Origin: Sedimentisphaeraceae bacterium JB056
GTDB lineage: Bacteria; Planctomycetota; Phycisphaerae; Sedimentisphaerales; Sedimentisphaeraceae
Length of the DNA stretch: 64,000 nt
Reading direction: 5' to 3'
Assembly (NCBI GenBank): GCA_044440125.1
Contig: JBITAJ010000012.1
Location: forward strand, 192,001-256,000
The position numbers and the translations under genes were made by a program. Each line of letters opens with the position of its first letter. Within the stretch, counting starts at the first letter, position 1. Shown in pieces: positions 18,399 through 26,708 of the stretch. The notes beneath the pieces were generated by a model. It did not search any database. It was not told where the DNA came from and saw nothing but the letters and a program-made list of their open reading frames with translations.

Positions 18399-18448
18399 AC
18401 ACCCTTTTGCCTTTTACTATTGAAAGTGAAACGGCAAAGGGGTGTTTT
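18399..18448 (+). terminator. Intrinsic terminator-like hairpin
   Basis: acacccttttgcc ... ggcaaaggggtgt followed by T-rich tract. Confidence 0.6.
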
Positions 18449-18642
18449 ATTTGGTTGTTGGTTTCTTTTTTGTCATTTTATGTTATTCCATCCTTTAAGA
18501 CATTAAACAAGCGTATATCCTGTAACTATTTTCTTTTTTATTCTTTACTTATCAATTGGATTTGAGTATAAAAGTAATTAACTCATATTGCGGTCTTGTA
18601 CCGTCTGATGCATATATAGCCGATAGTTTGAAAGGAATGGTA

Positions 18643-19116
18643 ATGGAGAGTTTTCTTGAGTGGTTAAAGGAATTTGGCAAGCCTGAAATAATTTGGTTTA
18701 TAATCGGCCTTCTTCTGGTCATCCTCGAATTTGCCGTACCCGGCCTGATTGTCATATATTTTGGACTTGGCGCGATTTTAACTGCAATTTTATGTGTCAT
18801 CTTCAATATCTCGATTAATGTCCAGATCATCTTTTTTGTCCTGTTTTCCATTGCCTCACTTCTATTGACAAGACGATACCTCAAAAATATCTTTATCGGC
18901 ACAAATCGTGCGACTGATGATGGTATAGATACTGAAAATGAGTATGTGGGCAAAAAAGCTATCGTTGTCGTGCCTATCGATGCCGGCGGTGAAGGCAAGA
19001 TCGATTTTCAGGGTTCACACTGGAAAGCCACAAGTAAAGAATCCATAGAAGAGGGTTGCCGTGTTGTCATAACAGGTCACTGTAACCTCACTATGAGCGT
19101 AGAGAGAGAAAAATAA
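18643..19116 (+). CDS. NfeD-like (YbbJ-type) membrane protein
   Basis: W.IIG.LL.ILE..PG transmembrane region plus OB-fold VGK.A.V...GKI..QGS.W.A; directly upstream of an SPFH gene. Confidence 0.88.
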   Translation: MESFLEWLKEFGKPEIIWFIIGLLLVILEFAVPGLIVIYFGLGAILTAILCVIFNISINVQIIFFVLFSIASLLLTRRYLKNIFIGTNRATDDGIDTENEYVGKKAIVVVPIDAGGEGKIDFQGSHWKATSKESIEEGCRVVITGHCNLTMSVEREK

Positions 19117-19189
19117 GAGTAGGAAAGGCCTTTCAGCAAAGTCGTGAGGTCATTGAAATAAAATTATTGGTATCATAGGAGATCATATT

Positions 19190-20176
19190 ATGTTGTTAGC
19201 GGCAATAAATGCCTGGACAGTGATTCTGATTATCATAGTCCTTTTTGTTGTAGTGGCGTTCTTTAAGACGCTTACCATCGTACCTCAGAAACATGCTTAT
19301 ATCATCGAAAGGCTTGGAAAATATTCCGATTCACTTTCGGCCGGATTGCATATACTTGTTCCTTTCATTGATAAGGTGGCCTACAAGCATACAATGAAGG
19401 AGCAGGCAATCGATGTTCCGCCGCAATCTTGTATTACGATGGATAATATTACCGTTGAAGTTGACGGTGTGTTGTATCTGCGCGTTATTGATCCTGCAAA
19501 GGCATCTTACGGCATCGATAATTATCTCTTTGCTTCAATTCAGCTTGCACAGACAACTATGCGAAGTGTTATCGGTAAGCTTGAGCTTGATAAGACGTTT
19601 GTTGAGCGTGAGACGATAAACAGTGTTATCGTTGATGCTGTTGACAAGGCCTCGGATCCTTGGGGTGTTAAGGTTACTCGTTATGAGGTGAAGAATATAT
19701 CTCCTCCTCAGACTATTCGTGATGCGATGGAGAAGCAGATGAGAGCAGAACGTGAGAAGCGTGCTCTAATTGCCGAGTCTGAAGGTCAGCGACAAGCTAA
19801 GATCAACCGTGCTCAGGGTCTTAAGCAGGAAGCTATCGCAAAGAGTGAAGGTGAGAAGATGAAGCGTGTTAATGAGGCAGACGGTCGTGCCGCGGAAATC
19901 GAAAGAGTGGCTACTGCTACTGCTCAGGGTATTCGTGAGATTTCTAAAGCTATCAATGAGCCGGGTGGTAAAGATGCTGTTAACCTCAGAATTGCTGAGC
20001 AGTATATAACTGAGTTTGGTAACCTTGCAAAAGAGAATAACACTATGATTATTCCGAGTGATCTGGCCGATGTCGCAGGCTTTATAAAGACTGCTGCATC
20101 AGTAATAAAGCTGAACGATCCGCAATCCGCTAAATCTGTTGACTCGAAGCCAACACACAAGCATATGTCAGAATGA
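19190..20176 (+). CDS. SPFH/stomatin-family (QmcA/paraslipin-like) protein
   Basis: IERLGKY, LAQTTMRS.IG, WGVKVTRYE, QMRAEREKRA, AEQYI.EFG.LAK. Confidence 0.93.
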   Translation: MLLAAINAWTVILIIIVLFVVVAFFKTLTIVPQKHAYIIERLGKYSDSLSAGLHILVPFIDKVAYKHTMKEQAIDVPPQSCITMDNITVEVDGVLYLRVIDPAKASYGIDNYLFASIQLAQTTMRSVIGKLELDKTFVERETINSVIVDAVDKASDPWGVKVTRYEVKNISPPQTIRDAMEKQMRAEREKRALIAESEGQRQAKINRAQGLKQEAIAKSEGEKMKRVNEADGRAAEIERVATATAQGIREISKAINEPGGKDAVNLRIAEQYITEFGNLAKENNTMIIPSDLADVAGFIKTAASVIKLNDPQSAKSVDSKPTHKHMSE

Positions 20177-20218
20177 GGATTTAGGTTAGTTTTTAATTAG
20201 TATTTTCAGGAGGTCTTT

Positions 20219-20611
20219 ATGAATTATTCAGAAACAACTTTTTCAGCTACTTTTGTTATATTATTCGCTTTATTTGCGGTAATATGGATAATTTCGACAT
20301 GGAAGATATTTGAAAAAGCAGGCGAACCGGGTTGGGCATGCATTGTACCTTTCTATAACCTTTGGGTATGGTGTAAAGTGGCAGGTTTACCTGGCTGGGC
20401 ATTTATCGGTTTTTTAATACCTTATGTAAGCGCTGTTATGGGCCTTATAGTGACGATATTGATGGCTAAGAATTTTGGCAAAGGCATTGGATTTATGCTT
20501 GGTCTGATCTTTCTGCCGTTTATATTCTTTCTGATATTGGCATTTGGTGATAGTGAATACACCGGCGGGCTTCCTCAGAGTCAGCCTTATCAGCCACAGG
20601 ATCAATTCTAA
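20219..20611 (+). CDS. DUF5684-like membrane protein
   Basis: WKIFEKAGEPGWA.IVPFYN...FGKG.GF.LGLIFLPFIF..ILAFG.SEY. Confidence 0.85.
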   Translation: MNYSETTFSATFVILFALFAVIWIISTWKIFEKAGEPGWACIVPFYNLWVWCKVAGLPGWAFIGFLIPYVSAVMGLIVTILMAKNFGKGIGFMLGLIFLPFIFFLILAFGDSEYTGGLPQSQPYQPQDQF

Positions 20612-20636
20612 TTTGAATTCTATTTATGATTTACAT

Positions 20637-20670
20637 AAAGGGGTGTTCCGTAATGGTGCATCCCTTTTTT
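20637..20670. terminator. Intrinsic terminator between convergent genes
   Basis: aaaggggtg...catccctttttt. Confidence 0.65.
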
Positions 20671-20684
20671 ATTTTTTTGAGAGA

Positions 20685-21386
20685 TTAGTTTCTTTTCCGT
20701 CTCATCAATACCATTATGCTTCCCAAGGCGAATACTCCTATAGTAGCAGGTTCGGGAACAACGTAATAAGAATCATTTGCGTATGTCGGATCAGGTGAAC
20801 CTAAATTAGTGCCATTATTGTTGGCGAAATCTTCGATGCATTCGTACCTAAAGGTTTCACCATTAAGATTGCTCACACGATATATGCAGTTGTTTATTGC
20901 AAAGAATCCATCATGCTCATATTCAGGCTGCGTTCCTATTAATACAAAATTGCGATTGTTGATTACATCGTCGATAGTTTTGTATTGCCATATTTTACCG
21001 TCACGAAGTCCAATTCGATATATACCTGGACCGAAAGTGAACCATTCAGCAGCAATAAAATCGGGTTCATCACCTCTAAGTAGACGTAAGTTGGTATTAT
21101 CCATGAAATCTTTAGGAGAATTATATGAATAAAGGTACCCCGCACTGGTTGTACGATAAACTTTACCGTCAAAATAGAACCAGCCGTCATCTGAATATGT
21201 ACTTGAAGGCGCCGGTTGGAAATAACTTTGCGTATCATTCGCAAAGTTTTCCATACTGTCGTAAGTAATTATATTTCCGCCGTTTGTGATGCGATAAACA
21301 ACCGCATTTTTGTACGCAACGGCACCGCACAGGGCTGATGCCAGGCCTAAAACGAGGCATAACCCGACCGCAATACTTTTGGCCAT
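20685..21386 (-). CDS. PEP-CTERM protein with four ~46-aa repeats (possible small beta-propeller)
   Basis: Start ATG 21386 with ggag RBS; signal peptide; four [VI]YR....G....Y.S..DF.N repeats; VPEPATIGVFALG..RRKRN. Confidence 0.85.
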   Translation of the reverse strand: MAKSIAVGLCLVLGLASALCGAVAYKNAVVYRITNGGNIITYDSMENFANDTQSYFQPAPSSTYSDDGWFYFDGKVYRTTSAGYLYSYNSPKDFMDNTNLRLLRGDEPDFIAAEWFTFGPGIYRIGLRDGKIWQYKTIDDVINNRNFVLIGTQPEYEHDGFFAINNCIYRVSNLNGETFRYECIEDFANNNGTNLGSPDPTYANDSYYVVPEPATIGVFALGSIMVLMRRKRN

Positions 21387-21440
21387 AGTTATACTCCAAT
21401 AAAATGACACAAAAATCCACACTTTATGTTCCGCACTACC

Positions 21441-21469
21441 AGAGTAGCACTTTTGTGGTGAAATGTCAA
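21441..21469 (-). promoter_or_regulatory. Sigma70-type promoter
   Basis: Minus strand TTGACA-17 nt-TACTCT with TGC extension. Confidence 0.6.
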
Positions 21470-21617
21470 CTAAATACTGAACTATAAAAAAACAGCAAGA
21501 TGATGTTTTTCTGCCTAAAAGTATATTCGGCTATGTTATTTCTGTTTTAGGAATCTGTTGTGAAGTTGTTTATGTAATGAAAGAAAACTGTGTTGGCAAA
21601 ATATATTTTGTGGTGTT

Positions 21618-22658
21618 TTATTTCTCTACCGGTTGCTTTTCGAGGAAGGCGTCTATTCTATTTTTGACGTTCTCTTTGATATTGTCATACCAGAATGCAT
21701 AATCATAGCGGTGGTAAACCTGTTTTGGCCAGCGTCCCATATTAACAAGGTCGATTTTTTCTGATTTCGGCGTTTGGATATCTGTGGCTATCAATGCGCC
21801 GGTATCGGTATTGATGTAGGCTCCTGCAAAATTATCAATTGTTTCGATAAGCTCGCCTGTAGCATCATTGAAAAACCTTGCCTTGATATCATTGTCTCTG
21901 GTCGCCGGCGTAGAATCTGTTTTCCAGTTCAGCGGGTTGATTGCTACAGCACCATCAAGCAGTACCGGTGAACCGGCGGCCTCGGGGCCTTGAGTATTGA
22001 ATGTTATTATTACACCCGTATCAGTCTCACCACTGGCAAGCTTTATCCATGGGTATGTTTTCAGATCTTTCTTTGTTACTGAAAAACCTATCGGATACGC
22101 GGCTATCATGCGTTTCTGAAGCTCTGGGTTGTTGAGTCGCTTGCGAAGAAGTTCTATCACAACCATGCTTCCCTGACTGTGGCCGGCAATAATGAACGGT
22201 CTGCCGTTGTTGAGATTTTTGATATAATAGTCGAAAGCTCTTTCCACATCACCATAACCGGTTTGGAATAGTGGGTCGATAAATGCATTGCGTCCGCCGT
22301 TATTGGGCTCCATGCTTTGAGTCGCAGCAGTCTGCTGACGATAAAATGGAGCAAACAGGTTTGCGTGCGGCGAATATACACCTGCCTGAGCAGTGAGCAG
22401 TCCTTTGGCATTTGCGCGAAGTGCAGGGTTGTTTGTATCCATATTCTGCGGCTCTTTGCCTACGTAAATCGTTGGATACACATAAAATACATCGACTGCC
22501 TTTTCTATTGTTTCAGGCTTGGCAACCCATGATGAATCAGCATTGTAATCCGGTGCTGCCGGAGTTTCTAACGTATTATTAGCCTCTTTTTTGACATCAT
22601 CACAACCGCTCATAATAAAAATCCCCGCTACAATAATAAACAATCTGAAAATCTTCAT
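21618..22658 (-). CDS. DUF3089 family alpha/beta-hydrolase lipoprotein
   Basis: Lipobox MSG|C; DVFYVYPT, APFYRQ, GHSQG nucleophile elbow, NPLNW, YH.YDY.FWY. Confidence 0.88.
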   Translation of the reverse strand: MKIFRLFIIVAGIFIMSGCDDVKKEANNTLETPAAPDYNADSSWVAKPETIEKAVDVFYVYPTIYVGKEPQNMDTNNPALRANAKGLLTAQAGVYSPHANLFAPFYRQQTAATQSMEPNNGGRNAFIDPLFQTGYGDVERAFDYYIKNLNNGRPFIIAGHSQGSMVVIELLRKRLNNPELQKRMIAAYPIGFSVTKKDLKTYPWIKLASGETDTGVIITFNTQGPEAAGSPVLLDGAVAINPLNWKTDSTPATRDNDIKARFFNDATGELIETIDNFAGAYINTDTGALIATDIQTPKSEKIDLVNMGRWPKQVYHRYDYAFWYDNIKENVKNRIDAFLEKQPVEK

Positions 22659-22781
22659 TCCAATAACCCTTTCTTTGCAATTATTAAATTCATAACATTT
22701 AATATCAAAACATTATCATACCAAATTAAACCACCATTGCAACATTATTGGTAAAGCCTGCGCGTTTGTGTTTTTTTTTAT

Positions 22782-22910
22782 AGGCATAAGGCAGGAGGCA
22801 ATAGGTCAGTTGTCAGTAATCAGTGATAAATAGTGAGTGATTTGGTAAGTTGTTGGAGAAGAATGGTTTATGGTATTAAAAGTATGAAACGTGTGAAGGG
22901 TGCTAAAGGA
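22782..22910. repeat. Degenerate short tandem repeats (7-bp then 9-bp period)
   Basis: aggcata-aggcagg-aggcaat-aggtcag-ttgtcag-taatcag...; then tggtattaa-aagtatgaa-acgtgtgaa-gggtgctaa. Confidence 0.55.
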
Positions 22911-23536
22911 TAAAGTGGGATTTTTTTTATTTTTTAGAATTGGCGGTAGTCTTTGGGTGATTTTGTGCGAAAATGCAAGCAACCTGCACACTTGGTTTGT
23001 CTTGAATAGCAAGATAGTATAACTTTTTTTGCCCCGAATTTAACCAAAACTGGTCTCAAATGCGTCCAAACGCGCGCTTTTTGCTCTTTTTTCAACGATT
23101 TTTGATCAATTTCAGGGTAAAAAAGGGGAAAGTCTCACGTGACCGGGAAAGGATTAACGCAAAGACGCTAAGGAGTATATTTTAACCATGAAGGGAAGAA
23201 GATATTGAAGGTTGATAATTTATAGTTTTGGAAATTTTCCGTTTCATAATTGTTGGTGAAGATTGTTTGCAGTGGGGGATTTCTTTCTTGTATAATTCTC
23301 ATCGGAGAATATTATAGTTTAGTATGATTACGGTAATAAAACTTTTGGCAGCTTTGATAATCTTGACTATACACTGGTAGATATCGTTGTAAGTTATTGT
23401 AAATGAGGGGGGGTAGTGATTAAAAAAAGAAACCTTTTCTACAGAGCATCTCTGACCTCTTTAACTCTCTCTCAGAAAAATAATAAATAGGCTTTTGATC
23501 TTATGGGTACTATGTAAATTATGAACATGATGCGGA

Positions 23537-23797
23537 ATGGTTATTAATTTAAACAAGAATATATTGTTATTAATCGTTAGTGTATTAACTATTATTGCTG
23601 TTGTTTTTAGTTTGGCCGGATTCGCTGACCAGGCAGAAGCAGTTAAAGCTCAACGAGATGTTTTGCTTGTCTCAGTACTGAACTTACTGATATTGGTTTT
23701 TAACATTCAACGGGGAAAAATGGCGTTTAAAGTTATTAGTGGCGTTCTGGTCTTAATAAATCTATTATTGATAGTTTATGGAATATTTACTATATAG
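23537..23797 (+). CDS. Small 3-TM membrane protein (possible orphan Rhs immunity protein)
   Basis: 86 aa with three hydrophobic segments; AT-rich; lies between Rhs fragments. Confidence 0.5.
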   Translation: MVINLNKNILLLIVSVLTIIAVVFSLAGFADQAEAVKAQRDVLLVSVLNLLILVFNIQRGKMAFKVISGVLVLINLLLIVYGIFTI

Positions 23798-23819
23798 ATT
23801 TGTCAAGGTGTATAAGGCA

Positions 23820-24263
23820 ATGAATTTTGGCCGTGAGGTCAGCTATGAGTATACAACGGGCGGAAGACGCAGCAAGCTGACATGGCTAGATGGCTTCTAT
23901 GTTACCTATGGATACGATGCTTATGGTAGACTCAATGCTGTTTACAATAGCAACAGCAGCGTACTTTGGTCGTGCAGCTATGATGCCGCCGGTCGCCGTA
24001 CTCAAACAACGGGTGTATATGGGCTGACAACCACCTATGATTATGAGGATGTATCAAGTACCGTTGAAGATGAACGGGAAATTTATCTTGATGGGCTGAG
24101 TGGATATTCGGGTGTGAGATTTTTTGGAAATCTTGACTCTTTAGTTGATCATGGTGGGCTTGATGATCCAGAAAGTATTAGGGATATCAATCGTGGTGCA
24201 AGGGATGCCGCAAGAGATATTTTAACTATAGGTGGGATATTAAGAAGATCGATAGGTTATTGA
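23820..24263 (+). pseudogene. Rhs/YD-repeat remnant fused to an unrelated C-terminal tip
   Basis: VSYEYTTGGRRSKLTW.DGFYVTYGYDAYGRL...YDAAGRRT...TTYDYE; far shorter than a real Rhs protein. Confidence 0.75.
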
Positions 24264-24270
24264 GAGGTAT

Positions 24271-24975
24271 ATGATGAAAAAAGTTATAATATTATTATTT
24301 TTGTCAGTGATTTTTATTATATTGACTATTGGATTTAAGTTTGTATATCATCCAATTCTACTTTTAGTTGGCTTTCTAACTGGAATAATAAACATCTATT
24401 TCTCCATTAGATTGCTTGTGAAAAAAAACGACAATAAAAGAGCTATATTGTTATCAGTAGCGGCTGTTTTATGGGGAGTTGTCTGTCTGTTTGGTATATT
24501 GTCAGTAAGCAGAAGTGGCGTAAGATTTGTGTTGAAGAAATACATACTTGATACTTATGATCAGGAACGTATATATTTTGTTTTTGAAGATTATATTAAG
24601 AGAGATTGTGGTGGATATGTGAATCTATCTGATAACTGGCGAAGTGTTCTTTCTAAAAGGGATTGGTATGTTAGGCCAAGCACATTTAATCTTTCTGAAA
24701 AAGGTCGTTCATGGATTACATTAAACAAAGGTCTCATAGGGAAAAATATTAATGAATTGCCTGATGATATAGTTCTGTTTTTTGAGATGGATGACGGGAA
24801 TTTGGCTATTGCTTCTAAAGAAGATTTTTTATCACAAGATTGGGAATCAGATCAGGGGCGACTTATTATACTTGCAAACGGCAGAAGCTCTAAATATTAT
24901 AAATTAAGAGGTGGTTTTCAGTTTTTTAATACAGAAACGCAGAAAGTTGGCTATAAAGCATTAAAGTGGGAATGA
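24271..24975 (+). CDS. Membrane-anchored hypothetical protein
   Basis: RBS gagg; three N-terminal TM segments, then a soluble domain (LNKGLIGKNINELPDDIVLFFE). Confidence 0.7.
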   Translation: MMKKVIILLFLSVIFIILTIGFKFVYHPILLLVGFLTGIINIYFSIRLLVKKNDNKRAILLSVAAVLWGVVCLFGILSVSRSGVRFVLKKYILDTYDQERIYFVFEDYIKRDCGGYVNLSDNWRSVLSKRDWYVRPSTFNLSEKGRSWITLNKGLIGKNINELPDDIVLFFEMDDGNLAIASKEDFLSQDWESDQGRLIILANGRSSKYYKLRGGFQFFNTETQKVGYKALKWE

Positions 24976-24991
24976 TGGTAAATAGTTTGGT

Positions 24992-25031
24992 GGAACGTCG
25001 GGGACGACGTTCCCTACGGTACCGTTCCCTA
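24992..25031 (-). repeat. GTAG-family REP element plus partial second copy
   Basis: Minus strand of 24992-25017 reads GTAG-GGAACGTCG-TCCC-CGACGTTCC; cgttcccta is repeated at 25023-25031. Confidence 0.7.
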
Positions 25032-25135
25032 TCATATATGATATACACCTGTTATGATGTGTGCAGAACATTGTGGACGAATTGTTATTAATTTTGTATA
25101 ATCTTGCGATTGATATTATTAAAACAGGTTTTTTG

Positions 25136-25666
25136 ATGAGTTACAGCGACGACTGGTTATACGAAAAGAATAAGGACAATTCTGCGAGATATATTCTTGG
25201 TCAGAAAGGCTTGCGGCCATTGGTTTGTGTTGGTATCAATCCCAGCACTGCCGTGCCGAACGATCTCGACCGTACCTTGACTAATGTGAGGCGTTTTTCG
25301 CAAATACACGGCTATGACGGCTGGTTGATGCTCAATGTTTATCCGCAGCGTTCGACCGATCCCAACGGTCTTGACAGTGATATCAACAGTAAAGAGCATA
25401 CATTGAATGTGAAATATATCGCTGAATATCTGGCGAAATATAAATCCGTTGATGTATGGGGAGCCTGGGGTACGTTGATTGAGAAGCGGAAGTATCTTCC
25501 TGAGGTTCTCAGGGATATTGTTGATGCGATTGATCGCAAAGGTGTGAGGTGGGTGCGAATTGGCAAGCTGAGCAAGAAAGGCCATCCTCATCATCCCCTG
25601 TATCTTTCGCACAAATCAACAGTTGAGCATTTTGATATAGATAACTACTTGGAAAGTTTTTCCTGA
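25136..25666 (+). CDS. DUF1643 domain protein
   Basis: RYILG, GINPSTA, D.T, NVYPQRSTDP, AWG, GHPHHPLY. Confidence 0.88.
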   Translation: MSYSDDWLYEKNKDNSARYILGQKGLRPLVCVGINPSTAVPNDLDRTLTNVRRFSQIHGYDGWLMLNVYPQRSTDPNGLDSDINSKEHTLNVKYIAEYLAKYKSVDVWGAWGTLIEKRKYLPEVLRDIVDAIDRKGVRWVRIGKLSKKGHPHHPLYLSHKSTVEHFDIDNYLESFS

Positions 25667-25691
25667 ATTATTTCAGTTGCTGAATAAAGTA

Positions 25692-25726
25692 AAACAGGGG
25701 TACCCGGGGTGTGGGTATCCCTGTTT
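25692..25726. terminator. Intrinsic terminator between convergent genes
   Basis: aaacaggggtaccc / gggtatccctgttt stem. Confidence 0.7.
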
Positions 25727-25760
25727 AAAAGGGGAAAAGGGATATTAATAAAGAATCTGT

Positions 25761-26657
25761 TTATCTGAAAACAGATTCAAATTTTTCTTTTATTTCATCT
25801 TTGTCGAGCTGCCATGCAATAACGACAAATGCCGTCTTATCAAGCCTGCCGCAGCTTTCACCTCTGAGTATCTCGCCAGCAACTACTTCAAAATATTGGC
25901 TGCCATTGCCGAAATCGATATTGCCTTTGAGTCTGAGCAGTTTTTCTCCAAGCTCCTCAATAAGAGCCAGAAGTGCATCTTCATCAACGCTTGCCTGTTC
26001 ATTGAAGGAGAGCGAGAATATCGGCTCCGGTGCGCATTCAAGTGCATCGCCGTCACGCAGCGTATGCTTAATCTGATCAAGGAAATCAGGGTCAAAGTCT
26101 CCTTTTTCTGCCGTGATTATGTCTGCCTGCTGATTGTAGTCAGCGGCTACAGCCTTAAGTCTCTCCACCTCATCGTTGCTGACAAGGTCAGTTTTATTTA
26201 TTATAACGCAGTCGGCCCAGCGGAGCTGAGAAGTAACCGGTTTGAAGTAGGGGGCTGTTTTGGTGAAATTTACAGCATCAAGGATGCATAAATTGGCCTT
26301 CATCTTAAATTTACCCTTTAAGTGAGGCTCCTTGATAAAACTTTCGATGTCGCGTGTCTCGGCTATCCCGGTTGCTTCAATAATGAGCAGATCCGGTTTA
26401 ACATTTTCCGAGATGTCGGTAAGATATTTCACAAAATCTGTCTTCGTGCAAATACAGAAGATGCTTCCTCTGTTTATTTCGTACTTCGGATAGTTTCCCG
26501 GTTCAACAAGCTTGCCGTCAACTCCAACTGTACCAAATTCATTGATTATCAGAGCAACGTTCTTATCTTTTACCCACTCTGTTTTCAAGAGTGCGTTAAG
26601 AGTGGTCGTTTTTCCTGAACCGAGATATCCTGTGAATGTTATTACCGGTATTGCCAT
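25761..26657 (-). CDS. CobW/COG0523-family metallochaperone GTPase
   Basis: TGYLGSGKTT, INEFG, GSIFCICT, IEATG, INKTD, LRLKG; probable start ATG 26657. Confidence 0.9.
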   Translation of the reverse strand: MAIPVITFTGYLGSGKTTTLNALLKTEWVKDKNVALIINEFGTVGVDGKLVEPGNYPKYEINRGSIFCICTKTDFVKYLTDISENVKPDLLIIEATGIAETRDIESFIKEPHLKGKFKMKANLCILDAVNFTKTAPYFKPVTSQLRWADCVIINKTDLVSNDEVERLKAVAADYNQQADIITAEKGDFDPDFLDQIKHTLRDGDALECAPEPIFSLSFNEQASVDEDALLALIEELGEKLLRLKGNIDFGNGSQYFEVVAGEILRGESCGRLDKTAFVVIAWQLDKDEIKEKFESVFR

Positions 26658-26708
26658 AGTTTTATAAACGGCGGCAGGTATAAGACCGGCCGCCGTATCC
26701 ATTAATGA

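Noticed and set aside
18643..20176. NfeD-SPFH gene pair as a novel system
   Set aside because: A well-known, widespread pairing.
22806..23012. 68-aa minus-strand ORF
   Set aside because: A translation of the short tandem repeat tract with no coding features.
23385..23413. cgttgtaagttattgtaaat as a dif-like or tyrosine-recombinase site
   Set aside because: Only a half-site resemblance, with no matching inverted half and no recombinase in the window.
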